A DNA stretch of 64,000 nt from Escherichia phage HY01: the sequence record NC_027349.1; one strand, 5' to 3'. Below are positions 29,072 through 40,034 of the stretch, piece by piece (the stretch's first letter is position 1; each line of letters starts with the position of its first letter). Made by a program: the position numbers and the translations under genes. Under the pieces are notes generated by a model. It had not been told where the DNA came from. It saw only the letters and a list, made by a program, of their open reading frames with translations, and made no database searches.

Positions 29072-30031
29072 TCACTTCCACTGCATTTCGCATGCTAATT
29101 GAATGAAAAGATATGCTAAATGTAATTCCGTATTAGCCGCAATTCCATGATACTGATTATTTTCACCAACAATTTCATACATACGAATAATACTTTGCGG
29201 AGTTACACGTGAATAAATTTCTTCGGCAAGTTTACCTACGAACCACGAATAATCAGCTGCATATTTTGGTGCTAAAGCTCTGAGTTGTTTAACATCTTTA
29301 TTTTTGAGAGATTCAAGAACATCATCAATAGCACCACGATCGTTAGTAACCAGTGATAAAATACCAGCATCCAAAACACCTTTAGATGAATAACTATCGA
29401 GCTCGCCAATAGTTTTACGAAAATCAGGAAAATTCTTTTTAACCAAAGCTGCTACAACTTTCATATCAGCTATAGCAATTCCTTCACGCTTGCAGATTTC
29501 AGTCAATCGACGAATCATCTGCTTCATCATTTCAATTTTATCTTCATCGGTCGGTTGACCGAATGTAATAACTCGGCAGCGTGACTGAAGCGGTTTAATA
29601 ATACCATCAATATTGTTAGCAGTAATAATAATACTACAGTTTGAACTATAAGCTTCCATAAAGGAACGAAGATGTCGCTGAGACTCTGCTAACCCTGAAC
29701 GGTCAAATTCATCAATAACAATTACTTTTTGACGACCATCAAATGAAGCTGCACTAGCAAAATTAGTCAAAGGACCACGAACGAAATCAATTTTACAATC
29801 TGACCCATTCACAAACATCATATCAGCATTTACGTCATGACACAATGCTTTTGCTACAGTTGTTTTACCTGTTCCTGGAGAAGGAGAATGAAGAATAATA
29901 TGCGGAATCTTACCTTTACTTGTAATAGATTTAAAGGTTTCTTTATCAAAGGCGGGAAGAATACATTCATCGATAGTAGATGGACGATATTTCTGTTCAA
30001 GAATGTGTTCTTTTTCATTTACAGTAATCAT
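29072..30031 (-). CDS. 44: clamp loader AAA+ ATPase subunit
   Basis: Walker [11 protein letters not shown] and SRC motif; start taken at MITVNEKEH (track extends to 30046). Confidence 0.9.
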   Translation of the reverse strand: MITVNEKEHILEQKYRPSTIDECILPAFDKETFKSITSKGKIPHIILHSPSPGTGKTTVAKALCHDVNADMMFVNGSDCKIDFVRGPLTNFASAASFDGRQKVIVIDEFDRSGLAESQRHLRSFMEAYSSNCSIIITANNIDGIIKPLQSRCRVITFGQPTDEDKIEMMKQMIRRLTEICKREGIAIADMKVVAALVKKNFPDFRKTIGELDSYSSKGVLDAGILSLVTNDRGAIDDVLESLKNKDVKQLRALAPKYAADYSWFVGKLAEEIYSRVTPQSIIRMYEIVGENNQYHGIAANTELHLAYLFIQLACEMQWK

Positions 30032-30065
30032 AATTTCCTCATTCAAGTTTTAGTGTAAATTATAA

Positions 30066-30079
30066 AGGGCCGAAGCCCT
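30066..30079 (-). terminator. UUCG hairpin after gene 45
   Basis: GGGC-UUCG-GCCC between genes 45 and 44. Confidence 0.5.
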
Positions 30080-30082
30080 CTA

Positions 30083-30769
30083 TTAAAAATCGTGGGTAGA
30101 ATCAGCTTCAAGAGCTACTACATAATTCGCATGTTCACCTTCAAATTTAGCAGCACCTTGTTTACCTTTTGCCCAGAGCAGAAGTTTATAATTTCCTGGT
30201 TGCATTTTCATATTTGCCATATTGATAATGAAATTAAATGTATTTTCACCATCATAATCACCAAGAGTCAAAGAATATTTAACACGAGTCAAAGCAGAAT
30301 CTTCTACTTTATTAAAACCGTTAATTACGATTTTACCTTCTTTTACTGTGATAGCAATTGTATCAATCTGCAGACCGCGAGATACACGCAATAGCTGTTG
30401 AAGGTCTTCAGCTTTAATTTCAGTAACAACAGATGCTACTGGGAATGGAATTGGTTTATTAGGAGCAACTACTGTACTCGGATCGGCTGCTGGCCAAAAA
30501 ATTGTTGAACGGGCATCAGCAATTTTAATATTACCATCTTCTGACTGGGAAATTTCTGCATCATCATTAACTAGGGACAGAATACCGAGAAAACCGTTCA
30601 AATCGTAAATTGCTACATCAAAATCAATAGTGTCAGAAATATTTGCTTCCGCATAAGTTGTACCATTAACCGCGCGAGTCATAATAAATTGACCGGATTT
30701 AAGCATAATACCAGAGTTAATAGTAGCGAAATTTTTAAGCAGAGCAGTAGTATCTTTAGACAGTTTCAT
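30083..30769 (-). CDS. 45: sliding clamp
   Basis: 228 aa; size and position match T4 gp45. Confidence 0.9.
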   Translation of the reverse strand: MKLSKDTTALLKNFATINSGIMLKSGQFIMTRAVNGTTYAEANISDTIDFDVAIYDLNGFLGILSLVNDDAEISQSEDGNIKIADARSTIFWPAADPSTVVAPNKPIPFPVASVVTEIKAEDLQQLLRVSRGLQIDTIAITVKEGKIVINGFNKVEDSALTRVKYSLTLGDYDGENTFNFIINMANMKMQPGNYKLLLWAKGKQGAAKFEGEHANYVVALEADSTHDF

Positions 30770-30824
30770 GTAATTTCCTTCAATTCAAATGAGATTTAAT
30801 TTTATAACTAATTTAATAAAGCAA

Positions 30825-31214
30825 TTAACGATTAAAATCAGCAGCAATTGTTTCCGCAACAATTTGAGCAGCAACAATTAGACGTTCATCTGCATTACCG
30901 CAATAATCATCTTCAAGGCGTTCACCACATGAAGTCATAATAAATTTAGCACCAGCATTTAGAGATTCTGTCGTATGTTTGCGCATCAGTTCAATCCATT
31001 TATCACTCACTTCACGATCGATAGCTTCATAATATGCATGACGAGCAGGTGCAGATTTAATTTTGTTCTGAATAACTTCCATTGCGTTATCAGAAAGAGA
31101 CAAAACCCATGCTCGACGAATTTTATTTTGGTTTTGCGGATTTGATTCAGAACGCACGTGTTTTGGCTGGATATCTTTTACATCAACAGTATAATTCACA
31201 GTAATTTTAGTCAT
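30825..31214 (-). CDS. rpbA: RNA polymerase-binding protein RpbA
   Basis: 129 aa in the rpbA position between 45 and 46. Confidence 0.75.
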   Translation of the reverse strand: MTKITVNYTVDVKDIQPKHVRSESNPQNQNKIRRAWVLSLSDNAMEVIQNKIKSAPARHAYYEAIDREVSDKWIELMRKHTTESLNAGAKFIMTSCGERLEDDYCGNADERLIVAAQIVAETIAADFNR

Positions 31215-31223
31215 AATACACCT

Positions 31224-31412
31224 TTAGTCATAATAATCAGTAACAGTCCAAGCTTCATTTCTGTTGGACATTATTTTCGTATATTCTGCTTTAAATGCAT
31301 TCTTAAGCATAGATTCAGTAACTATATGCTCTTCATTAGAAAAATTATTTCTCAGAATATATCGTTTTATTTCAGGAATAGTTAATAGATGCTGTCCAGT
31401 TGAATATTCCAT
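31224..31412 (-). CDS. 45.2: hypothetical small protein
   Basis: 62-aa ORF. Confidence 0.5.
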   Translation of the reverse strand: MEYSTGQHLLTIPEIKRYILRNNFSNEEHIVTESMLKNAFKAEYTKIMSNRNEAWTVTDYYD

Positions 31413-31467
31413 GTTTTTCCTCCATAGAGATTATACTCTAATAAATTAAAGCATAATCTCTTATAAA

Positions 31468-33150
31468 TTAAACCATTACAGTAAATCGACCAACTTTCTT
31501 CATTTGAAGATGCTGACCATATTCTTGTGGGTCATGGTCTTTATGCGAAATTATAAAAACATTAGTGTTTTTCATTGAATTTATAATATTAGCTACACCT
31601 TTAATACCTTCGGCATCAAATGACCCATCAAACACTTCATCAAGAATTAATGTACTAATACTAACACCAGATACGATAGAAGCAATATCACGCCAAGTAA
31701 ATAAAAGAGCAATATCAATGCGTGCTTTTTCGCCTTCACTAAATGAAGCATAACTAAAATCTTCACGACCACGGGATTTAATTGTCTCATTAAATTCTTC
31801 ATCTAATGTAAACACATAATCCGCTTCCATTATTTTAAGATAATGGTTAATTTGCTTATTAAATAATGGAATGTACTTTTTAATAATAGCACCTTTAATA
31901 CCAGAATCTTTGAGCATATCAGTCAAAATTCCTCTGTGGTATTTTTCCATTACTAAATTAGTTTTTGTCTTAACAATTTTATCAAGTTCTTCTTGAAGCA
32001 GTGCTATTTCATCAGCATGGTCAATAAACTCGGATGATGCTTTTTCTATAGCCGCTTTAACTTTTTTAGCTTTATCTACCGTCGTGATTAGAGATTGCTT
32101 TTTATTGCGAATATCATTTGCCAACGTCTGCTGGGTTTTAATATTATCTCGGTATTCATCAACAAGAACTTTTAAATTATCACGGTGTGTTGAAAGCTGT
32201 TCAAACGAATGCGTGCATTCAGAAACTTTATCTTTAATTTTAGAAACAACTTTATCACCGGAACTTAACTGTGACAAACAAGTTGGGCATAATCCACCTT
32301 CGTGATACATATTAATGACTTTATTATACGAGTCAATTTTTGATTTAATTAAAAATGCTTCTTGACCGATTTTATTAAATGCATCAGTCGGGTCTTCATC
32401 CAAAACAATATTAACTAATCTTTCATTAGCTTCTTCTATTTCCGATTTTAGCGTTCTAGCTTCCTTTGCCAAATCGTCATACATATTCTGCAGACGAGTA
32501 AGGTTGTCACCAGACAATTTTTTCTGGCGTTCAACATTATCGTTATATATTTTAATTTGTTGGATAATACTATCTTTTTTAACATCAAGCACTTGGTTTT
32601 GTGAATTTAATTCACGTATTAGTGCTTTATTAAGCTTATCCATTTCAGCTAATGTTCCTACCTCGAGCAGGTCTTCGACGAGTTTTCTTCTTGCAGGAGT
32701 GGATAGGCCCATAAAAGGGGTATATCCAGCCGTGCCGAGTACGACGATCTGTTTGAAACTGGCGTATGACATTCCGATAAGCTGTTCAAATTCTGCTTGG
32801 AAATCTTTACTGCTGGCAGATTCATTAAGACGTGTACCGTTAACGGTGATTTCGAAAACATTTGGTTTTTGTCCTCTTTTGATATAGTACTTTTTCTCAT
32901 CATATTCCATCCACAGTTCAACTAAAAGCTCTTTCTTATTTGTACTGTTTATTAATTGACCTTTCTTTACATCACGAAATGGCTTGCCAAAAAGCCCAAA
33001 TGTGATGGCTTCTAACATAGTAGACTTACCACCGCCATTTCGTCCAGTAATAAGAGTTTTTTGAACCTTATCTAATTGAATGTCAATAGGATTTCCACCT
33101 ACTGACATTATATTTTGATACCTAACTCGGTTTAGTTTAAAATTCTTCAC
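31468..33150 (-). CDS. 46: recombination endonuclease ATPase subunit (Rad50/SbcC-like)
   Basis: 560 aa with Walker A GRNGGGKST, coiled coil with CPTC zinc hook, signature and Walker B motifs. Confidence 0.93.
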   Translation of the reverse strand: MKNFKLNRVRYQNIMSVGGNPIDIQLDKVQKTLITGRNGGGKSTMLEAITFGLFGKPFRDVKKGQLINSTNKKELLVELWMEYDEKKYYIKRGQKPNVFEITVNGTRLNESASSKDFQAEFEQLIGMSYASFKQIVVLGTAGYTPFMGLSTPARRKLVEDLLEVGTLAEMDKLNKALIRELNSQNQVLDVKKDSIIQQIKIYNDNVERQKKLSGDNLTRLQNMYDDLAKEARTLKSEIEEANERLVNIVLDEDPTDAFNKIGQEAFLIKSKIDSYNKVINMYHEGGLCPTCLSQLSSGDKVVSKIKDKVSECTHSFEQLSTHRDNLKVLVDEYRDNIKTQQTLANDIRNKKQSLITTVDKAKKVKAAIEKASSEFIDHADEIALLQEELDKIVKTKTNLVMEKYHRGILTDMLKDSGIKGAIIKKYIPLFNKQINHYLKIMEADYVFTLDEEFNETIKSRGREDFSYASFSEGEKARIDIALLFTWRDIASIVSGVSISTLILDEVFDGSFDAEGIKGVANIINSMKNTNVFIISHKDHDPQEYGQHLQMKKVGRFTVMV

Positions 33151-33410
33151 AAAAGATTCCTTTTAATGTATCTTTTAGACCATTCTATCATATCATCATA
33201 ATCTAAAAAGTATTCATCAAATTCAGCCATACAAACCACACCTTGTGCTGCTTTTGATGTGATATAAATTATTCCAACATGTCTAGAATCTTCTTCGGTG
33301 TAATCAATATTTGCTATGAATTCATCATTAATGTCAAATGTCGAAAACTTCACAGTATGCATCCTTAATACAAGATACAGCCATATCTTGTAATGATTTA
33401 GGTGTGTCAT
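33147..33410 (-). CDS. 46.1: hypothetical small protein
   Basis: 87-aa ORF (start possibly internal). Confidence 0.4.
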   Translation of the reverse strand: MTHLNHYKIWLYLVLRMHTVKFSTFDINDEFIANIDYTEEDSRHVGIIYITSKAAQGVVCMAEFDEYFLDYDDMIEWSKRYIKRNLL

Positions 33411-33597
33411 TATCTAAAATGTTGAAGTTAAAAGATACAGCCCAGTCAGTGCAGACTGTAACCTTTTTAATACAATTATCTTCAACCTCTAGTGGTTCAA
33501 ACCAGTATTCAATAATTTCTTTATGACCAATATCATCTTTTACTTCACATTCAAAATGCTGACTCATCATAACATTTTTAAATTCATCAAAAGTCAT
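33334..33597 (-). CDS. 46.2: hypothetical small protein
   Basis: 87-aa ORF. Confidence 0.4.
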   Translation of the reverse strand: MTFDEFKNVMMSQHFECEVKDDIGHKEIIEYWFEPLEVEDNCIKKVTVCTDWAVSFNFNILDNDTPKSLQDMAVSCIKDAYCEVFDI

Positions 33598-34613
33598 TGT
33601 GTTGCCTCTACATATAACTGATTTGCATATTGAATAAGTGCTTCACGGTCAGAATCAGTGATGTCTGGAATTGCATTAATGTATTCTTCCATCAACGTCT
33701 GAAGAGATTGAACTTCAACTTCTTCGCTATCATCTGACTCGACAGAGTTATCAATCTTTGACACAACTCGTAATGAATGCACAACTTTTTCTAGTTCAGA
33801 TTCGAACTTCGTTAGATTTTTGTCTACCTCAGTTACTATAACACGTACTGACAGATTTGTAAAATCTTTATAGTCAATTTTTCCCTTAAATGGATATTGA
33901 ATTCGACGATGCCAGGTAGTGTTGTTTGGAATAAATTCCATTCGTTCTGTTTCTGTATCAAACATCCAGAACCCGCGAGGGTCATTCTCGTCACCTGCAG
34001 TTAGTGTCCATGGTGTCCCAATATATTTGACGTTAGCAGCCTCAGAGATAGTATGGAAGTGACCAGACCACACTTCTTTATAAGTCTTAAGGAAATCAGG
34101 TTCAAGACCGTGAGATTTCATTCCTTTATAAAAATAAAATCCATTCAGTTCCCAGTGACCAACACAAAAGGAAGCAGATGAAGTTTTAATATGTTCAAGA
34201 ATTTCACCGGTATTTTCTTCACACATCCAAGGAATTAAATCAATCAAACATCCGTCAAAATCTACTGTAGTAGGCTTATCATATACTTTAACATTAGGAT
34301 ATTTAGCCAAAAGCTCAGTAGAAGCATTTGGAGTTAAAGTATTTTTAAAGTGCATATCATGGTTTCCTACAATAGTATGTAGGGTAATACCAGCATCATC
34401 AAGCATTTGAACTATTTCACGGGCAAACTCCATAGTTTTATGCGTAATTGCTTTTCGCACATCAAAAATATCACCATATTGAATCCATGTAGTAATTCCG
34501 TTTTTCTTAGAATATTCTATCGCTTGCTTAATTCCATCCAACTGAATGGATTGAATCCACTCATCATCAGCTTTAACGCCTAAATGCCAATCACCTAAAT
34601 TTAAAATTTTCAT
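33594..34613 (-). CDS. 47: recombination nuclease subunit (Mre11/SbcD-like phosphoesterase)
   Basis: 339 aa with calcineurin-like phosphoesterase motifs (GDWH, GNHD). Confidence 0.93.
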   Translation of the reverse strand: MKILNLGDWHLGVKADDEWIQSIQLDGIKQAIEYSKKNGITTWIQYGDIFDVRKAITHKTMEFAREIVQMLDDAGITLHTIVGNHDMHFKNTLTPNASTELLAKYPNVKVYDKPTTVDFDGCLIDLIPWMCEENTGEILEHIKTSSASFCVGHWELNGFYFYKGMKSHGLEPDFLKTYKEVWSGHFHTISEAANVKYIGTPWTLTAGDENDPRGFWMFDTETERMEFIPNNTTWHRRIQYPFKGKIDYKDFTNLSVRVIVTEVDKNLTKFESELEKVVHSLRVVSKIDNSVESDDSEEVEVQSLQTLMEEYINAIPDITDSDREALIQYANQLYVEATQ

Positions 34614-34749
34614 ATATCAAGAACCGTCATTGAAATGCAAAATAAAATTATTGAAATAAATCCATCTGGAGTACTAAAGAACCCAATCCAACACGCTCTG
34701 GTGAACAAATAAAACGCTAGAAAAAGTATCACATATCCAAGAAATATCA
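34610..34749 (-). CDS. hypothetical small hydrophobic membrane protein
   Basis: 46-aa ORF translated by hand; TGA/ATG overlap with gene 47 start; coordinates approximate. Confidence 0.3.
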
Positions 34750-34789
34750 TTATATCAAACTCCGTATAAAGCTAAAGGGCCGAAGCCCT

Positions 34790-35992
34790 TTATTTTGTAA
34801 TAATGTCAAACTGCTCTTTAAAGCAGAAGCTTGAATCTTGGTGCTGATACAAAAATTCATAAGCTTTTTCACGTTCACGGTCATAAAGAGCTCGGTCAGA
34901 TGACAGTTCTTTAATACGTTCAAATGTTGATTCCATGTCATTTTCATCAAACCAAACGATACCGCTATCATGTGAAATTAATGGAGTATTATCAACACGA
35001 AATTTTAAATTTTCGCCAGTAGATTTCCAAAATACTGGAATTGTTCCGCATGCACCAAGCTCGAGATGAGTGTATTCTAAAGAACGTTGTAGATATTTTT
35101 TATCTAATTTACTCAGCTGATAACCAAATCCGGATTTACTCATGCGTTCAAGCATTTCGCTATTTACATAACGATCGAGAATTTGCGTTGGCAAATTAGG
35201 AGCAATTTTAATTTGGTCTACTTGATGAAGACGATAATACTCGTATGGAATTCCTTTTTCTTTAATAGGAATGAATGCTGGAGAACGTTCCAGACCTTCC
35301 ATAATAGTACTTAGTCCTGCAGGTTTAAGATGTTTTTCGTGAAAATCAAACATCTGATAAAAGCCTTTCCATGTAGTAGTACGACCAATCCAACGGTTGA
35401 TATTCATGTTAATTTCAGAAACATCTTTCCAGTAAGTTGATCGAACCTTCGCAATATCCATAGGAGGCTGAAAGTTATATACAGTCGGTGCTTCTTCAAT
35501 ATCATCAAACAAAGAAACAGTTTCCGGATACCATTCTTTCATTAAAACTTTATTAAAATCACCATTATCAGAATGACTAAAAATAACATCAGCTCGACGA
35601 ACAGTTTCTTCTAATCCCAAATTTCGGCGCAAAGAAAGAGAAGAATGGTCATGTTGATAAACTACAACACGAACTGAAGGTTTAATGTTATCAATAATTT
35701 TTTTATAGTTATTAATAGTGTCTTCTTCGACTGAAGTAGCAGGAACTGAATTGATAATTAGAATATCACAATCATTTACCAGCTTAAGTGTTTTATCGTA
35801 TTCTTTTGCCAATAAAACCGGAATTGAAAATGATTTATAATCATGCGCGCAATTACGGGTAAATGATTTATCTTTAGCATAAACCAAAGTTACTTCATGA
35901 CCATTTTTAATAAACCAATCACGTTGCTCAAGAGAAAATTTAGTTACACCGCAACCTTCAAGACCTCGAGCCATAAAAATGCATACTTTCAT
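34790..35992 (-). CDS. a-gt: DNA alpha-glucosyltransferase
   Basis: 400 aa; near-identical to T4 alpha-gt as recalled (MxxCIFMARGLEGCGVTKFSLEQRDWF...). Confidence 0.9.
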   Translation of the reverse strand: MKVCIFMARGLEGCGVTKFSLEQRDWFIKNGHEVTLVYAKDKSFTRNCAHDYKSFSIPVLLAKEYDKTLKLVNDCDILIINSVPATSVEEDTINNYKKIIDNIKPSVRVVVYQHDHSSLSLRRNLGLEETVRRADVIFSHSDNGDFNKVLMKEWYPETVSLFDDIEEAPTVYNFQPPMDIAKVRSTYWKDVSEINMNINRWIGRTTTWKGFYQMFDFHEKHLKPAGLSTIMEGLERSPAFIPIKEKGIPYEYYRLHQVDQIKIAPNLPTQILDRYVNSEMLERMSKSGFGYQLSKLDKKYLQRSLEYTHLELGACGTIPVFWKSTGENLKFRVDNTPLISHDSGIVWFDENDMESTFERIKELSSDRALYDREREKAYEFLYQHQDSSFCFKEQFDIITK

Positions 35993-36016
35993 TTAATATC
36001 CTCATTGTTTTGGTTT

Positions 36017-36042
36017 ATTTTACCAAAAATTTATAAAGCAAT
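36017..36042 (-). promoter_or_regulatory. MotA-box middle promoter upstream of alpha-gt
   Basis: minus-strand ATTGCTTTA then TAAAAT about 11 nt downstream. Confidence 0.45.
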
Positions 36043-36058
36043 ATAGGAGCCGAAGCTC

Positions 36059-36232
36059 CTATCCGCACAATACGCCATACAAAGGCTCGTTAGAGCTTCT
36101 AAATTTTATACGCTTATGTGTTATAGTTCCTTCTGCTTTAGCTTTATCATGGGACTCTTTAAAGCGTCTCATCATTTCTACTTTAGAGGAACGAATTTTA
36201 TTATAATCTATTTCAGAAGTCTGGGTGTTCAT
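36059..36232 (-). CDS. hypothetical small protein
   Basis: 57-aa ORF translated by hand; coordinates approximate. Confidence 0.3.
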   Translation of the reverse strand: MNTQTSEIDYNKIRSSKVEMMRRFKESHDKAKAEGTITHKRIKFRSSNEPLYGVLCG

Positions 36233-36235
36233 CTT

Positions 36236-36442
36236 TCACAGTTGCCACCATTTTTTGACTTGATAGGAATCAACCCACACTTTCATATTAGGGTCTGCTC
36301 TTACAATAGGAGGATTAACTTCTTTAATTGAACTATCATGGTATTCTTTTTCAGAAATTTTCACACAAAGATGACCGTTCAAAGATTCAGTAAATCCTGC
36401 ATTAATTTTAAGACGCTTGAATTTTACGTGTGTAAGCATCAA
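36236..36442 (-). CDS. hypothetical small protein
   Basis: 68-aa ORF. Confidence 0.4.
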   Translation of the reverse strand: MMLTHVKFKRLKINAGFTESLNGHLCVKISEKEYHDSSIKEVNPPIVRADPNMKVWVDSYQVKKWWQL

Positions 36443-36725
36443 TCATATCCTCAATCTGTGATCTAGTAGTCTTCCAAAGAATACTAATGAGTTCATCGTT
36501 ATATGGCTGTTTTAGAATATCCCGACTTTTCTTGATAGCATATTCGTATTGAGCAAAATTATTGTTTTCAGCTGCAATCTGAGCGTGTTTATAAAGACGG
36601 TTCAGTTCGCGTTTATTTTTAGACAATAACTTATTTGCTTTTCTTTCTGCTTCAAGACGGTTCTTTTCTTCAATAGAAGAAATAAGCTTTTCCACTTCAT
36701 CATTAATTTCGGGTTTATCAGTCAT
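36408..36725 (-). CDS. hypothetical protein
   Basis: 105-aa ORF. Confidence 0.4.
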   Translation of the reverse strand: MTDKPEINDEVEKLISSIEEKNRLEAERKANKLLSKNKRELNRLYKHAQIAAENNNFAQYEYAIKKSRDILKQPYNDELISILWKTTRSQIEDMIDAYTRKIQAS

Positions 36726-36726
36726 A

Positions 36727-36945
36727 TTATTTCTCTAATATAAAATAAAAATCATCATCTGTTAAATGATACCGATAGTTTAATTCTACACCATTAGATT
36801 TAAAAGCGGTATCATACGGATTTTCTGGATCAATATCAATGTCAAGAGCTAAAACTTCCCTGAGATACATTTTAAGTAAATAGGGAATAGCTTCAACTTC
36901 AGGTATTTCTTCCAAGAATCCGGAGAGGTTAATCGTTAGCCTCAT
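36727..36945 (-). CDS. hypothetical small protein
   Basis: 72-aa ORF. Confidence 0.4.
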
Positions 36946-37486
36946 ATAAAAAATCCAAACTAGGAGAATCGTCTACAACACTTTTCTTTTCAGCCCCCGG
37001 TGTTCTATAGGTTGATTCTTCGTAATGCGTCATTTTATCGTAGATGTCTTGAATAAAAGTTTCATCTACTAACGCAACCATATCGTCGTCACGACTGTCA
37101 TAGACATTGTGAACGAAGTAACTATATTTCTTTGCAACTTCCTTACGTTCTTTTTTAATACGTTGGACGAATGCATTAAAACAAGCTTGAGTTATATATG
37201 CATGTGGGTTTTTATATTTCGTTTCATCAAAATTATGAAGTCCCTTAATAGAAGCTTCTATACCATCTGCAATCATTTCTTGTTTCCAAGACTGGGTGTA
37301 TCCTGAAAAGTTGAAACGTTTAGATAAGCCTTCTGCAATAAGCATAATGGCTAATCCGATAGTATCATTCTGACGAACTACTTTATTTGGGTCTTTATTA
37401 TTTGCTAATTCTGTTTTCCAATCAATAATAGCTTGTAAAAGCTCTTTATTGTTTACGTAATTATATTTAGGCTTAGTTTCTGACAT
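36929..37486 (-). CDS. 55: late-transcription sigma factor
   Basis: [23 protein letters not shown]... matches T4 gp55; start at third codon of the track ORF. Confidence 0.9.
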
Positions 37487-37566
37487 TTTCACCTCTTAGC
37501 TCAATTCATAGATCTATTATATCATAATATTTGAAGATCTATCTTAAAGCATAGAGGATGAATCAG

Positions 37567-37836
37567 CTATCTAAGTAAACAGTATGCTTGGAATACTTTC
37601 TCCATCATCTTTTTAAATTCATGAATATCTATATAATGACTAGTTAAATCAGCATGATATAAAAAGTCTAAAAACTTTTCATGTGTGCTAACATATTCGC
37701 TTTCATTTAATTCAGAAACATGGCTTTCCCAATATCCAACACCAGTCTTATTTGGGAAAAATGAAATTTTCATGTATTGGTCAACATAGAAAATGCCATA
37801 ATTTTCAATAGTAATAGAAATATTAATAAATTTCAT
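37567..37836 (-). CDS. 55.1: hypothetical protein
   Basis: 89-aa ORF. Confidence 0.4.
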   Translation of the reverse strand: MKFINISITIENYGIFYVDQYMKISFFPNKTGVGYWESHVSELNESEYVSTHEKFLDFLYHADLTSHYIDIHEFKKMMEKVFQAYCLLR

Positions 37837-38048
37837 ACATTCATCAACTTAGCCGCTTCAAGAGCTGCATCTAGTGAATCAAATTGATCGACATATTCAA
37901 TCAGTTTGCCGTAATTAGCATATAACCACCATTGGCTAAATTCATACTCAAGGATAAATCCATTTCCTTCAATTTGAGTTAAACCACTGCCGTTTGTATT
38001 TACTTCATATCCGGCAAGACGTAAATCGTTAATAAGAGCTTCGTTCAT
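37833..38048 (-). CDS. 55.2: hypothetical protein
   Basis: 71-aa ORF. Confidence 0.4.
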   Translation of the reverse strand: MNEALINDLRLAGYEVNTNGSGLTQIEGNGFILEYEFSQWWLYANYGKLIEYVDQFDSLDAALEAAKLMNV

Positions 38049-38050
38049 AA

Positions 38051-38377
38051 TTATGCCTTAGTAATTTTCAGGTCAGCAAATTTTTTCTTGCGTTGATTTT
38101 TCATACGACGAATAGTTTTATCGGAAATTTCATGTTTTTGATAAGCTTTAGATTCTACGCCAAAAGCTTTAACATCAAATTCTGACAAGATATATTGAAC
38201 TAACAATTCACGGACAGTATTGCGTCCAATTTTCTGATCATTCTGTTTCATCGTCTGATGAAGCTCTTTTTCCCATTTATCCAAAATTTGAGGAGTTACA
38301 ATATCGCCTTTTTCTAGCAGAGAAACTACTTTGTCATATGCGTAAGAATTGATGGCGTTTTTAATTTGAATAGTCAT
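38051..38377 (-). CDS. hypothetical protein
   Basis: 108-aa ORF. Confidence 0.4.
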   Translation of the reverse strand: MTIQIKNAINSYAYDKVVSLLEKGDIVTPQILDKWEKELHQTMKQNDQKIGRNTVRELLVQYILSEFDVKAFGVESKAYQKHEISDKTIRRMKNQRKKKFADLKITKA

Positions 38378-38429
38378 ACATTATCCTCAATTACGTTAAA
38401 ATTTTATTATCCAAAAAGGGCCGAAGCCC

Positions 38430-38630
38430 TTAGCTAAACTGTTTGGCGCCCTTCCAGCCTTCATACATCATTGCGGCTGATATTAATATTGCTCCTGCGC
38501 ATTTTGAATATTTGTGATTCCAAAACCAGTTCAGAAAAACTTCGTCATCAATACCTTGGGCTATCATATTTTCAAAGAACTGACGACGAGCTTCGGCAAT
38601 TCGTTGCGATAATTTAGATTCAGGATTCAT
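38430..38630 (-). CDS. hypothetical protein
   Basis: 66-aa ORF. Confidence 0.4.
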   Translation of the reverse strand: MNPESKLSQRIAEARRQFFENMIAQGIDDEVFLNWFWNHKYSKCAGAILISAAMMYEGWKGAKQFS

Positions 38631-38762
38631 TTAAATTTTCCAGTTACCATTTTCATTAATGAATTTAATCCAGTCATTTACTGACCACTTGGTCGTATCG
38701 CCTTTTGGAGCAACATTTAAAGTGTATAATCCTTGTTTAAAAAGCATTCGTTTGATATTCAT
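38631..38762 (-). CDS. hypothetical small protein
   Basis: about 43 aa from the internal ATG of track ORF 38631..38846. Confidence 0.3.
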   Translation of the reverse strand: MNIKRMLFKQGLYTLNVAPKGDTTKWSVNDWIKFINENGNWKI

Positions 38763-38769
38763 ATTTTCC

Positions 38770-39084
38770 TCAGCTATAACGATAGCACTCGTTTGATTTA
38801 CGCTTAGCAACTCGTTGAGAAGTATTGTAATCAAAATCATCGTCAATGTAAACTGATTTTTTCAACTTTCTTACTTCACCACGTAATTGACGATTTAACT
38901 CATCTTTAACTTCTGAATCAATGCCTTTCATTCTACGCCATTTATCAGAGCGAAAAATGTTTTCAACCATATCTTTATGACTTACACCATCAGGAGCTTT
39001 ACGCTTTCCGAAATAGTCATAATCACGAACTTTCAAGTCTTTACGACGATACGTTTTACCCATGGAGTTTAATTTCCTTAGCAA
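38770..39084 (-). CDS. hypothetical basic protein
   Basis: 104-aa ORF. Confidence 0.4.
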   Translation of the reverse strand: MLRKLNSMGKTYRRKDLKVRDYDYFGKRKAPDGVSHKDMVENIFRSDKWRRMKGIDSEVKDELNRQLRGEVRKLKKSVYIDDDFDYNTSQRVAKRKSNECYRYS

Positions 39085-39238
39085 CTAAACTAAATACAGC
39101 ACGGTCACAAATCATCTGTTTATGTAACTTGAGTATAAGATAATAAACTTCAAAACCGTTTACATAAGTAACACGAACAACATTACCATTAATAAAATAA
39201 TATTGTCCCTTTTTAATTTCTTTATCAACCACAACCAT
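39056..39238 (-). CDS. hypothetical small protein
   Basis: 60-aa ORF. Confidence 0.35.
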   Translation of the reverse strand: MVVVDKEIKKGQYYFINGNVVRVTYVNGFEVYYLILKLHKQMICDRAVFSLVAKEIKLHG

Positions 39239-39396
39239 ATCAATTCCTCAAAGGCAATTCATATGTTAATAATACCACAGTTTGAACTTGTTGTAAACAA
39301 CTTTGTGAAAATTATTTTAGGGAATGATAAGAAGGGAACGATAGCTTAGAATGGTAATATACAGAATGTGAGAAAGAAAGGCCCAAAGGGCCCGTC

Positions 39397-39705
39397 TTAG
39401 TCTTCTATGATATCTCTATCATATCCAAGTGAAATGAGAGTTTCTTTGAAGTGTTTAATGTTCTTTTGTCTAGAATCATTAATGAAAATGACTGGATAAC
39501 GAATGTTAAGAGATGTGAATCCAGCACGTTTAGCAAGAGATACAATCAGTGGACGATCATACTCAATCTTACCATTATTTGTAAGAACTTTATAGAAAGT
39601 AAAAGGAGCATTGAGCTCCTTTAGAAGTTTTGTAACTGATTGACATCCAGGACAACGACCTACTTCATCTGGAATTCCATAGACTTCAATCTTGTTTTGT
39701 TTCAC
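39397..39705 (-). CDS. nrdH: glutaredoxin-like redoxin (NrdH-like)
   Basis: 102 aa with CPGC redox motif in a thioredoxin-fold context. Confidence 0.65.
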   Translation of the reverse strand: MKQNKIEVYGIPDEVGRCPGCQSVTKLLKELNAPFTFYKVLTNNGKIEYDRPLIVSLAKRAGFTSLNIRYPVIFINDSRQKNIKHFKETLISLGYDRDIIED

Positions 39706-39707
39706 AA

Positions 39708-39944
39708 CTATTCCTTACTAAGAGCAGCATTCAGCTTGTTAGTAATTTTATCCAGACGCTCATTGAACTCGCTAGAAGATAAGCCTTTTTCTGGAGAAAT
39801 TAAGCTAATCACGAAAAATATAGCAATAAAAGGAATAAGAAAAATAGCACCAACTGCCATAAACAAAAAGAACGTTACAGTTGTAAGAAAATCAGCTAAA
39901 CCTTTACGAAATTTATACATATTTACCCTTAATTGATTAACCAA
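39708..39944 (-). CDS. small membrane protein
   Basis: 78 aa with one long hydrophobic segment. Confidence 0.4.
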   Translation of the reverse strand: MVNQLRVNMYKFRKGLADFLTTVTFFLFMAVGAIFLIPFIAIFFVISLISPEKGLSSSEFNERLDKITNKLNAALSKE

Positions 39945-40034
39945 GCATTGATAAGTACTAAACTATACTGCGAATAAAATTCTGGACCAAAATGAAAAAT
40001 CATATCATTTATAGTATCAATAATATAATTCAGT

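Noticed and set aside
34750-34971. Minus-strand 73-aa ORF overlapping the 3' end of alpha-gt
   Set aside because: Alternative frame of the alpha-gt coding region; alpha-gt is strongly supported.
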